A DNA stretch of 64,000 bases from Prevotella sp. (GCA_041907685.1 JAYRGU010000009.1:1195-65194); one strand, 5' to 3'; positions 45,961 to 55,156 are shown, counted from the stretch's first letter. Notes: generated by a model from the sequence alone, not told the origin. Numbers and translations: made by a program.

Positions 45961-45976
45961 TATTAATACAAATATT

Positions 45977-46501
45977 ATGGCTTTAATTAAATCAATAAAA
46001 GGACTTTCTCCTAAATGGGGAAAAGAATGTTACTTCAGCGAAAATGCCACTATTGTAGGTGAGGTAGTAATGGGTGATGAATGCTCAATATGGTTTAACG
46101 CTGTTTTAAGGGGTGATGTATGCCCAATACATATTGGCGACAGAACTAACGTTCAGGATGGATCATGCCTACATGTAACAAACAAAATAGGTCCTCTTAA
46201 TATTGGCAATGATGTAACTATTGGGCATAATGCAACTGTGCATGCATGCACTATTCATGACGGAGCCCTAATTGGCATGGGGTCTACCCTACTTGATAAC
46301 TGTGAAGTAGGTGAGGGAGCCGTAATCGCAGCAGGAGCCTTGGTATTATCAAATACAAAGATAGGTCCTCACGAGATATGGGGTGGAGTACCTGCTAAAT
46401 TCATAAAGAAGACAAGACCTAATCAGGCAGAAGACTTTGCAAAACATTACGTTATGTATTCTAAATGGTATCTAGAAGAAGATAGTAAGGAGCAACATTA
46501 A
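45977..46501 (+). CDS. Gamma-carbonic anhydrase / hexapeptide-repeat family protein
   Basis: IWFNAVLRGD, NVQDGSCLH, TIGHNATVHAC; start moved to MALIK. Confidence 0.9.
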   Translation: MALIKSIKGLSPKWGKECYFSENATIVGEVVMGDECSIWFNAVLRGDVCPIHIGDRTNVQDGSCLHVTNKIGPLNIGNDVTIGHNATVHACTIHDGALIGMGSTLLDNCEVGEGAVIAAGALVLSNTKIGPHEIWGGVPAKFIKKTRPNQAEDFAKHYVMYSKWYLEEDSKEQH

Positions 46502-48774
46502 TTAATGTTGCTCACTACATCAGCAGTTCTAGACTTAGGAGATACTATAAGTTCGGTTACTTTTCCATCTTTAAGAGTTGCCTCTACGGTTGTTTCATGT
46601 GTTGCATGAAGTTTAAAATGTACATTCCATGATTTTGGCCATGCAGGAAATATTATTATTTTGCCATTGGCCTCTTGCAATAACATATCCTGCAAACCAA
46701 TCATACCACTTCCTCCCCAATTATGGTCAGGAGACCAATCAAATCCAGGCCCCCAAAAAGAAGGAAAGCGATAAGGTCCATCAGACAATTTTAGTTTTGC
46801 AAGTCTTGCAGCCTCATCTGTGAGTCCTAGATCTGCTGCCCAAATATTATCTTGTTTCCATCCCACATGTGATCTGAACTGTAATGCGAAAGGATCATAT
46901 TGGTAAGTATCTTGAGCTAACTTAATATCAGGTTTGCCGACACCATAAATGCGCCATGGGAAAACTGGATACAATTCAGTAGGTTCAGTATTATTTACCC
47001 TTGCCCATATTACTGCAGGTGATATAACTTTATGCCCATCAACTTCTCTAAAAGAGATACCAGGTATGCGTTGCAAGAGTTCTTTATATCTATTCAATGA
47101 TATAGAATCCGAATTATGCTTAGATAGATAAGATACAAGTGAAGAAGTCACAACTTTTAACCCTGAAACAGTTGACGTAGGATTATAAGCCATTTTAAAT
47201 GTTTCAGCTCCAGATCCCGGATATATAATAAGCTTACCATCGCTATCTAAATCCTTTATACCCCTTAGCCTAGCAAGATAACGATAATGTTCATCAAAGA
47301 AATCCAAAGTAGACTGTATAAATGGGATATACTTACTTATATCATTTTTTGAATAACTTTCACTTTCCAATATCATCTCACAGAATTCCAAAGCTGTATC
47401 CCATGTATACTCCAACCAAGCATTATATTGCATTCCCAGATCATAATCAATAGGACGCTTCTTGCCATACTCATCAAAATTAGGAAGCCCAAAGTTTTCC
47501 ATCTGTTCTGTAAAAGCAGCACCTTTATGATTCCAATACACCTTACTACGTAACTGTGCATTACCAAGAATACGCAAATAAAAATCAAATTGAGACTTCA
47601 TCGCATCATAGTCTCCACTTTTCAACATAGGCCAATATACAAGGCGTTGATTTTGCATAGTATGTACTCCGCCACCCCAATTACGATAATCAGGTGTAAA
47701 ATGATTATTTGTATCTACATAGACAGGATCAAAGGCAAATAATCCTCCATTAAACTTAGTTGGCCATTCGCTAATAGCATTGCAGCCCAACATATAACGG
47801 AACAATGTATAATTTCTAGTTATAGACTTACATTCGCCATCACCTTCAATACAACTGCGCTGCCAGTATTGCCTCCACCACTGACGTGTAAGTTTTTTGT
47901 CTTTTTCAGTATTTACAGATTTTTCTGTTTTTCCCAGATCATTTTTCCATTGAGATATATCACCTTGCTCAGAGGCTAATATTATTTGTAAATTATGATC
48001 CTTCGCAGCATTTATGGTCTCATATATCCAAGTTGTATATGGAGTATCCGCATAAACACCTTTATTTTTTCCTTTAAACAAGAAACCATTGCCACACATT
48101 TTCCCGCCAAATGTAAGGTTCTTTAATGGATTATACATCTGTTGCTTCACACAATCCATTTTTTGCTGAGCCACAGTAGCATCGAATATAGTATAATCAC
48201 CATTACGATGAAAAAAAGTGATTGATCTACTATCTGCAAATATTGAATCACGATGAGTAACAGTGCCTTTAGGTGTGCTCCACTTATATGAGGTTTGGAA
48301 CCGTTCTCTATCTCCTAAAAGTTTATCATCAACTCGCCAATTGTCATAGCAAGCCTCAGCTTTCAAACGTTGGTTACCTTGAATGTCTACATGTATCACA
48401 GGTTTAAAGACATCAACCCATATATTTACTGTTTTTTCACCATCTGACACAGATATATATCCATCTTTCAAATGCAAGACTTGCGTGAAATTAGCATCAG
48501 TTTTAAGTGCTGGGATAAGGTTTATACGAAATCGGCCTTGCTTTAGTATTGTGTTATTTTCATCAAAAGAACCTGTACGGCAAACATAGAAAAAGATAGT
48601 ACCATTTTCGACCCACACATTCAGTCCAACGCTACCTCCTCCGCATGGCATAGATTCCGAAGAGTTTTTACTAGGTGTTTTCCATACATAATCTTTAGGT
48701 GTCTGAGCCCTTAAAGGCTGAGTCGCTAATAATGCGATTAGTATGGCAAGTGCGCATAATATAGATTTTTTCAT
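46498..48774 (-). CDS. Secreted DUF5703-domain glycoside hydrolase (GH95-like alpha/alpha barrel)
   Basis: Signal peptide, SMPCGGGSVGLNVW, TKFNGGLF, QNQRLVYWP, MLLQ...IFPAWP; promoter TAACTTTG at 48803-48810. Confidence 0.8.
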   Translation of the reverse strand: MKKSILCALAILIALLATQPLRAQTPKDYVWKTPSKNSSESMPCGGGSVGLNVWVENGTIFFYVCRTGSFDENNTILKQGRFRINLIPALKTDANFTQVLHLKDGYISVSDGEKTVNIWVDVFKPVIHVDIQGNQRLKAEACYDNWRVDDKLLGDRERFQTSYKWSTPKGTVTHRDSIFADSRSITFFHRNGDYTIFDATVAQQKMDCVKQQMYNPLKNLTFGGKMCGNGFLFKGKNKGVYADTPYTTWIYETINAAKDHNLQIILASEQGDISQWKNDLGKTEKSVNTEKDKKLTRQWWRQYWQRSCIEGDGECKSITRNYTLFRYMLGCNAISEWPTKFNGGLFAFDPVYVDTNNHFTPDYRNWGGGVHTMQNQRLVYWPMLKSGDYDAMKSQFDFYLRILGNAQLRSKVYWNHKGAAFTEQMENFGLPNFDEYGKKRPIDYDLGMQYNAWLEYTWDTALEFCEMILESESYSKNDISKYIPFIQSTLDFFDEHYRYLARLRGIKDLDSDGKLIIYPGSGAETFKMAYNPTSTVSGLKVVTSSLVSYLSKHNSDSISLNRYKELLQRIPGISFREVDGHKVISPAVIWARVNNTEPTELYPVFPWRIYGVGKPDIKLAQDTYQYDPFALQFRSHVGWKQDNIWAADLGLTDEAARLAKLKLSDGPYRFPSFWGPGFDWSPDHNWGGSGMIGLQDMLLQEANGKIIIFPAWPKSWNVHFKLHATHETTVEATLKDGKVTELIVSPKSRTADVVSNIN

Positions 48775-49121
48775 ATCAATTGGTAGTCTTTGTTTATTGT
48801 TGCAAAGTTAGTACAAATAATATTTTGATCCAAATGAATTAGTAACAAAGAAATCTAATCTTATTGATAATCCTTTTATTTTATAAAAATCGGTCTGTTT
48901 TTAATATCTTAATTTGTACATTTATAGTTTGTTTTTGTAATCTGAAATACATTGTCTATATATAGAAAGAATATTACCCTACAGATGTTTATTGCAAAAA
49001 GGGGTACATCCTACATATGGAATAGCTTAATAAATTGATTATCAGTAAAATAGTTTCTATTGTATATACACAGTCATACATTCACTATACATATTATAAA
49101 TATTTTGTAGCTTCTCTTTTA

Positions 49122-49225
49122 TCAGAGCATAGCTTTTACGTTGTCGGAGCATAACTTTGACACTCTCGGAGTATTACTTTGGTACACTCGGAGCATAGCT
49201 TCTGCAGTGTCAAAGCATAGCTTTT
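49122..49225. repeat. Tandem array of 5 palindromic repeats with exact 22-bp period
   Basis: TCAGAGCATAGCTTTT(49122), TCGGAGCATAACTTTG(49144), TCGGAGTATTACTTTG(49166), TCGGAGCATAGCTTCT(49188) and TCAAAGCATAGCTTTT(49210), separated by variable 6-nt linkers. Confidence 0.9.
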
Positions 49226-49423
49226 CTGACTATTATAAATAATAGAGTTATAAATAATATATTAGTAATATTAGATATACACTTTAATTAGAAAATGTAT
49301 GATTATGTATGTCAGCTATACTACATTCATATGATAAAGTATTCATTACAAAGGTATTATGAGTTTCAATGTATATAATTACTATAATAACACTCCTGAA
49401 AGAATACTTATAACACCCAACAA

Positions 49424-49455
49424 ATAGAAAAAGGCGAACCTCAACGACCCACCTT
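49424..49455 (-). terminator. Terminator of the pst-phoU operon
   Basis: Minus strand AAGGTGGGTC-GTTGA-GGTTCGCCTT followed by TTTCTAT. Confidence 0.7.
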
Positions 49456-49517
49456 CCTACTAATTTCAACAATCAACTAACAATTAATATCGTTCTATTA
49501 TAATTGAATGGTTAAGT

Positions 49518-50219
49518 TTATTTTTTTTCTTCATTTTTTTCCGCCTTCGGGTGTCGAAGATTTTCTCCCACATTTGTATAGATTGAAGCCTCTGCTATAT
49601 TTGTTGCATGGTCTGCAATACGCTCGATGTTAGAGATAATACCATTTAGATTTATAAAGGTAAACAAAAGATGACGAGTCTCTTCAGAATACTTACTTTT
49701 TTTAATAGTATCCTTTATTAGCTTATGATTAATATCGTCGACGAAATCATCATTTTTAATAGTCCAGACGGCCGCATCATTGTCGTCATTAAGAAAAGCA
49801 GATACTGATTTTTTAACCATTAATATACTTGAGGCCATCATGCTTGATATTATGGGCAACATGTGTTCAAATACCGTTTTGTCCTCTATGCGTGACAGGA
49901 ACTTGTCGATATTCTTCACCTGGTCACCGATACGTTCCAGATTGGAAATCATCTGATAAGCAGACATTATTTTGCGAATATCAGATGCTACAGGATTCTG
50001 CAACGCAATAATATCGATAATCTCATTACCGAGACTTATCTCAAAACCATCTATCAGGTTTTCATTATTTTCTATTTTTTGTTGTACTTCAGCCGGAATA
50101 TCAGTGATGCCATCAACGAGCAACTTGTCTACAATTTCCAACTGGCGCATTACCAATTCCACCATTTCGTTGAAATGATCCAATAATGAATGTAATGCAT
50201 TGTCTTTTGTTATTGCCAT
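49518..50219 (-). CDS. phoU: Phosphate signalling protein PhoU
   Basis: QNPVASDIR, NLERIGD, NIERIADHATNIAE. Confidence 0.96.
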   Translation of the reverse strand: MAITKDNALHSLLDHFNEMVELVMRQLEIVDKLLVDGITDIPAEVQQKIENNENLIDGFEISLGNEIIDIIALQNPVASDIRKIMSAYQMISNLERIGDQVKNIDKFLSRIEDKTVFEHMLPIISSMMASSILMVKKSVSAFLNDDNDAAVWTIKNDDFVDDINHKLIKDTIKKSKYSEETRHLLFTFINLNGIISNIERIADHATNIAEASIYTNVGENLRHPKAEKNEEKK

Positions 50220-50264
50220 AATGTTATTTTTAATGCACGAAGCAATTTTGTCATAAATTAAATT

Positions 50265-51047
50265 TTATCCGAATTTACCTGTAAGATATGCCTCTGTACG
50301 TGGGTCTGTTGGAGTCGTGAACATTTTCTTGGTGTTATCATATTCTACCAATTCACCTAGATACATAAACATTGACTTGTCAGATATACGCGCAGCCTGC
50401 GACATATTATGAGTTACCATAATAATGGTATAGTTCTTTTTCAATTCCACTAGCAAGTCTTCTATCTTAGAAGTGGATATAGGGTCGAGAGCCGAAGTTG
50501 GTTCATCGAGTAGTATCACTTTGGGGCGAAAGGCAATAGTGCGAGCCAGACAGAGCCTCTGCTGCTGACCGCCTGACAAGAAATTACCTTTGCTGTGCAA
50601 TGTGTCCTTAACCTCATCCCAGAGAGCGACATCACGCAACGATTTTTCTACGATATCATCACGTTCTTGTTTCTTCATACGAATACCATTAAGCCTGTAG
50701 CCTGCAATCACATTATCGTAGATACTGAGTGTTGGGAAAGGATTTGGGCGTTGAAATACCATACCTATTTTGCGACGCAAATTCATTGTCGGCATTTCAT
50801 ATATATTATCTCCACTAAGCAATATTTTCCCATCAGTACTAATGTTTGGGTAAAGCTCGTGCATGCGGTTAATGGCCCTCAATAGAGTAGTCTTGCCACA
50901 CCCCGATGGTCCCATGATAGCTGTGATAGAATTTTCTTCTATCTCTGCTGAGACATGTTTCACTGCATATTTGTCGTCACCGTAGCTGATTGAGAGATCC
51001 TCTATCGACATAACCGGTGCTGTTGTATTTTCTTTAGTCTTCATCAT
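50265..51047 (-). CDS. pstB: Phosphate ABC transporter ATPase
   Basis: GPSGCGKT, VFQRPNPF, LSGGQQQRLC, DEPTSALDP, YLTGKFG. Confidence 0.97.
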   Translation of the reverse strand: MMKTKENTTAPVMSIEDLSISYGDDKYAVKHVSAEIEENSITAIMGPSGCGKTTLLRAINRMHELYPNISTDGKILLSGDNIYEMPTMNLRRKIGMVFQRPNPFPTLSIYDNVIAGYRLNGIRMKKQERDDIVEKSLRDVALWDEVKDTLHSKGNFLSGGQQQRLCLARTIAFRPKVILLDEPTSALDPISTSKIEDLLVELKKNYTIIMVTHNMSQAARISDKSMFMYLGELVEYDNTKKMFTTPTDPRTEAYLTGKFG

Positions 51048-51054
51048 TTATCTT

Positions 51055-51954
51055 TTATTTTCTTCTTGCTCCTATCCATTTTGATATCAGATTGAGTATC
51101 AACACAAATCCCATTAGGAATATGGTTGAGCTCCATATCAGATTTACCATGTTAGGATCGTTATAAAATTGCCATATCAACAATGGCACGGCCGAACCCG
51201 GTTTAGCGATATTCCAGTTAATATCAGGATTTCCCAATGTTGTAAGCATCAACGGGGCGGTCTCGCCAAGAACACGCGACACAGCAAGTAGTATTCCACT
51301 AATCAGTCCCGAGAAGGCTGTGGGTATTAGTACCCGCCAAATCACTTTATAATAAGGTGTACCAAGAGCAATGGCTGCCTCTTTGAGCGTATCGGGGACC
51401 ATTTTTAGAGATTCCTCAGTAGAACGAACAATCAATGGCAACATCATTATGGCTAGTGCAACACCACCCGCCAATACTGAATAACCTTTTGTCAAAGGAA
51501 CCACCACCCAGATATAGGCAATAATACCGATAACGATAGAAGGTACTCCCTGCAAAATATCAGCAATATCACGTATCACACCAGCATATCTTTTTTTGCT
51601 ATTCTCTGAGAGATAAACACCAATTACCATTCCGATAGGAATTGCTATTACCGATGCAATAAGGACCAAATAGATAGAACCTAGTATACCGTTGGCTATT
51701 CCTCCAGGGATAACCTCTCCACTTGCATTAGCCATCATGGCAGTAAACGTGTCGGGTGCAACTTTGGTGAAGAAATCCCAGTTTATCTGTTTATAACCTT
51801 TTATCAATAATGTACCAATGATCAGGAAAACCATAGAGATGGTAAGGAATGAAAAGAGCATAACAGCTATCTTGAAGATATTGTTTTTCGCTTTTCTATA
51901 ACCAATTGAAGATAGCAGCCCTACTGTTTCCTTCATATTAAGAGTGTTATCCAT
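51055..51954 (-). CDS. pstA: Phosphate ABC transporter permease PstA
   Basis: GVPSIVIG, RSTEESL, RVLGETAPL. Confidence 0.95.
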   Translation of the reverse strand: MDNTLNMKETVGLLSSIGYRKAKNNIFKIAVMLFSFLTISMVFLIIGTLLIKGYKQINWDFFTKVAPDTFTAMMANASGEVIPGGIANGILGSIYLVLIASVIAIPIGMVIGVYLSENSKKRYAGVIRDIADILQGVPSIVIGIIAYIWVVVPLTKGYSVLAGGVALAIMMLPLIVRSTEESLKMVPDTLKEAAIALGTPYYKVIWRVLIPTAFSGLISGILLAVSRVLGETAPLMLTTLGNPDINWNIAKPGSAVPLLIWQFYNDPNMVNLIWSSTIFLMGFVLILNLISKWIGARRK

Positions 51955-52805
51955 TATCCAATCTTTTTAATTATGTATTTACCTATCGCATTGATAACAG
52001 TAGTTATCACAAAGAGGAATAGAGCAAGCTCTATCAATGCGCTTAACTGCAATCCGCTAGCCTCACCAAACTGATTGGCAATAACACTAGCCATTGTATT
52101 ACCGGTAGAGAAAAGCCCATGTGGTATCACATTCTCGTTACCTATCAACATAGTTACAGCCAGAGTTTCACCAATTGCCCTACCAAAGGCAAGAATATAA
52201 CTTGCAGTCATTCCAGAGCGCGCATTAGGCAAGACAACTGTACGTATCACTTCTAATCGTGTAGCCCCGAGAGCATATGCAGCTTCCTTCAAATCGTTTG
52301 GTACCATAGCTATTGTAGTATTGCTTAAGGACGTTGCATAAGGCACTATCATGATAGCAAGTATCAATGCTGATGTGAAGACTCCGAATCCCTGCGGACT
52401 CAAACCGGATTTAACAACCAATGGGCAAAGTATATAGAATCCCCATAGACCATAAATTATAGATGGGATACCGGCCAAAAGATCTACAAGTGTACCTACA
52501 ACAGACGCGATCTTAGTACCACGGAAGTATTCTGCAACAAACAGCGATGTGCAAAAAGCCAAAGGGATAGCGATAATCAAAGCTACAATAGATGTGAGCA
52601 ATGTACCGACTATAAAGAGCAACGCGCCATAATTCTCGCTCCCTTGCGTTGGATCCCACTGGTCAGAGATCAGAAACCGCCATCCAAACTTGGATATTGA
52701 CGGTAACGACCCCTCGAACAGTGAAAATACCATCGCCGCGGCTATCAGAACGATAACCAGTGAGGAGAAGAATAATACGCGTTTCAGAATTTTATCGCTA
52801 TTCAT
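51954..52805 (-). CDS. pstC: Phosphate ABC transporter permease PstC
   Basis: LLAGIPSIIYGLWG, ALGAT, GRAIGETLAV. Confidence 0.95.
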   Translation of the reverse strand: MNSDKILKRVLFFSSLVIVLIAAAMVFSLFEGSLPSISKFGWRFLISDQWDPTQGSENYGALLFIVGTLLTSIVALIIAIPLAFCTSLFVAEYFRGTKIASVVGTLVDLLAGIPSIIYGLWGFYILCPLVVKSGLSPQGFGVFTSALILAIMIVPYATSLSNTTIAMVPNDLKEAAYALGATRLEVIRTVVLPNARSGMTASYILAFGRAIGETLAVTMLIGNENVIPHGLFSTGNTMASVIANQFGEASGLQLSALIELALFLFVITTVINAIGKYIIKKIG

Positions 52806-53843
52806 TTACTTCAGTATTCTTTTTCCCTTATATGTCACTGTGCGGAGAATAGCTTTTGCTCTTGCGGCTACACCTGCTGGGAGTGGAGCATAATTGGTCT
52901 TAACAGCTAGGGATTGTGCATTACGACTTACCATCCAGTCTATCAGTTTCAAAGTTGCCTGAGCTTGTGCTAAACTACGATTGTTGTAAGCCTGTTCCTT
53001 GTAGAGGATCAACCATGTGAAACCTGCTATTGGATAAGCTGTAGGAGCAGATGAGTTGTTAAGCATAACACGTGTGTCTGCTGGTATCTTACCTTTTCCA
53101 GCTGCACTTGTAGAAGCTACAGTTGCCTTTATAAATTTACCTGCCTTATTCTGAATAAGAGCTGAAGGCTCGCGTTGAGCGAAAGCGTATTCAGAGCCTA
53201 CATATCCTATAGCTCCAACAGTCTGATGAATAGCTCCAGCAACACCAGGGTTTCCCTTTGCGCCAATACCTACAGGCCAGTTTACAGTCTTACCTGCACC
53301 AACCTTAGAACGCCATACATTATTAACCTTAGTAAGATAATCAGTGAACATATTAGTAGTACCACTACCATCTGAACGATGTACTACTGTTATTGCCTTA
53401 TTTGGGAATCTAACACCTGGATTCAATTTTCTCAAAGCTGGATGATCCCAATTTTTGATTTGTCCTAAGAAAATAGAAGCTAAAACAGAAGGTGTAAGCT
53501 TAATCTGCTTTACGCCCGGTAGGTTGTATGCTACAACTACGGCACCACTACATGTAGGTATATGAACAATAGTAGCAGGCATCTCTTTAAGTTCTTGATT
53601 TGTAAGGAACGCGTCTGATGCTCCAAAATCTACAATTTTATCTTTAAGACTACGAATGCCACCGCCAGAACCAATACCACCATAAGTTACTTTAGCATGT
53701 GCGAGTCTTTCGTAAGTAACGAATGCCGCATTATAGAATGGTTGTGGGAATGTAGCTCCTGCACCTGAAATTGACTGTGCGCTAACCTTGTTGCCTAGAG
53801 TCATTAAGCTCAATAATGCAACTAAAACAATACTTTTTTTCAT
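52806..53843 (-). CDS. pstS: Phosphate-binding periplasmic protein
   Basis: GAGATFP, GSGGG, DFGASD, RSDGSGTT; cleavable signal peptide. Confidence 0.96.
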   Translation of the reverse strand: MKKSIVLVALLSLMTLGNKVSAQSISGAGATFPQPFYNAAFVTYERLAHAKVTYGGIGSGGGIRSLKDKIVDFGASDAFLTNQELKEMPATIVHIPTCSGAVVVAYNLPGVKQIKLTPSVLASIFLGQIKNWDHPALRKLNPGVRFPNKAITVVHRSDGSGTTNMFTDYLTKVNNVWRSKVGAGKTVNWPVGIGAKGNPGVAGAIHQTVGAIGYVGSEYAFAQREPSALIQNKAGKFIKATVASTSAAGKGKIPADTRVMLNNSSAPTAYPIAGFTWLILYKEQAYNNRSLAQAQATLKLIDWMVSRNAQSLAVKTNYAPLPAGVAARAKAILRTVTYKGKRILK

Positions 53844-53875
53844 ATAATTTTCTATTTAAAAATGATTTATATTTT

Positions 53876-54862
53876 TTACAAACTATACTTGAAACTTACA
53901 AGATAACTTGTTGATGTTTTAGATCCTGATTTAGAAGGATCACTTATCTGTATATTAGGTGATATTGCAACACCTTTTACTGGCAATATCTCAAGACCTG
54001 CCGCATAGAGATTTCCATCAGAGGCATTCCATCCATCTGTTGCACCATTTAATTTCTTTGATGTCAAGTTATCATAGCGTGCAAATACTGCGAATGTCTT
54101 GCATGGATTATATGTACCCCAGAATGATAAGCCATTCAAATTATGATCCTTTACTTTGTTGTGGCCTGTCTGCATGTTGTATTCACCGCCGACTGTAAAT
54201 TTATCATCCTTATAAGCTATCATTGCATTAAATGTGGTCTGAGCCTCCTGTTTTTTCTGATAATCACCATAAACACGAAGATATAACTTTTTTATCGGCT
54301 GATATGTAAGTCCTGCTGAAACTTTAACAGCACTATCAGACTGTACAGATTTATAACCCTCTCCATTTACGACCTGTGCGTCAATACTCAACTCTGGAAC
54401 AATCTGATATTTAATACCTAATCCCAGGTCAGCACTTGATGCATATCCATTAAGATCCTGGAATGATTTCAAAAGATAACGTTTGCCCCATAGAGATTCC
54501 TGTAAATTAAAGGTATTAGTTCCTATCAAACCGAAATCAATAGTAAGCCCATTTTTTGAATATTCTCCGTATGCGTTCTTTATATAAGCGGTATAAGCAG
54601 AGCCCTGATAACCGTTATTTTTATCTGTTACATCCATCACTGCCTTTGCAGAGAAATAAGGTGAGAAGTTGTAGGCATAGCCTAAATAAGCTCTTGAAAT
54701 CTCGAAAGCAGTGTTTGTCTTGCCGTCTGTTGATTGCACTCTGAAATCAGTGAACACTGTGACTATTGGACTCCCACTTGGTTTAAACGTGGTAGTTGTC
54801 TCCTGTGCCATACCTGCAGCTGCAAGCATAATTCCCATCACTGAAATAAAAATTCTTTTCAT
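53876..54862 (-). CDS. Outer-membrane beta-barrel porin, probably phosphate-selective (OprO/OprP-like role)
   Basis: Signal peptide, FEISRAYLG, AYIKNAY, amphipathic strands, C-terminal FKYSL; first gene of the pst operon. Confidence 0.7.
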   Translation of the reverse strand: MKRIFISVMGIMLAAAGMAQETTTTFKPSGSPIVTVFTDFRVQSTDGKTNTAFEISRAYLGYAYNFSPYFSAKAVMDVTDKNNGYQGSAYTAYIKNAYGEYSKNGLTIDFGLIGTNTFNLQESLWGKRYLLKSFQDLNGYASSADLGLGIKYQIVPELSIDAQVVNGEGYKSVQSDSAVKVSAGLTYQPIKKLYLRVYGDYQKKQEAQTTFNAMIAYKDDKFTVGGEYNMQTGHNKVKDHNLNGLSFWGTYNPCKTFAVFARYDNLTSKKLNGATDGWNASDGNLYAAGLEILPVKGVAISPNIQISDPSKSGSKTSTSYLVSFKYSL

Positions 54863-54911
54863 CTTTTTCGTTTTTTAATTAATATGACTTTGTTATTTCT
54901 AAATCACAATG

Positions 54912-54919
54912 CAAAGGTA
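54912..54919 (-). promoter_or_regulatory. -7 promoter element (TACCTTTG) of the porin-pst operon
   Basis: TAnnTTTG match 50 nt upstream of the ATG. Confidence 0.75.
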
Positions 54920-54930
54920 CAGTCAGAATA

Positions 54931-54991
54931 TTTCACCTTCATTTCATTAAGATTATAAAGCTTTTACATATTTTTTTCATTCTTGTTACAA
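54931..54991. promoter_or_regulatory. Pho-box-like array of six hexamers at 11-bp spacing
   Basis: TTTCAC(54931), TTTCAT(54942), TTATAA(54953), TTACAT(54964), TTTCAT(54975), TTACAA(54986). Confidence 0.65.
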
Positions 54992-55010
54992 GTAATATCA
55001 ATTAACTCTT

Positions 55011-55063
55011 CAAAAATAAGAACCCGAATAAAATCAAATATTTAAATTTCGACTTCATTCGGG
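55011..55063 (-). terminator. Terminator upstream of the pst promoter, closing the small-ORF transcript
   Basis: Minus strand CCCGAATGAAGTCGAA / TTTGATTTTATTCGGG (G-U pairs) followed by TTCTTATTTTTG. Confidence 0.65.
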
Positions 55064-55156
55064 GCTTGATTATCTCAAAATAAAAGGTTAGCAACTTCAG
55101 GGATAAAACTATATTTATGAATATATTGTTCACTATGACGGGGCTGATTTTGATTA

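Noticed and set aside
49122-49225. Repeat array as a CRISPR array
   Set aside because: The linkers are only 6 nt, the repeats are 16 nt and degenerate, and there are no cas genes.
49284-49472. 62-aa ORF downstream of phoU
   Set aside because: It overlaps the phoU terminator, has a non-ATG start and shows no protein-like features.
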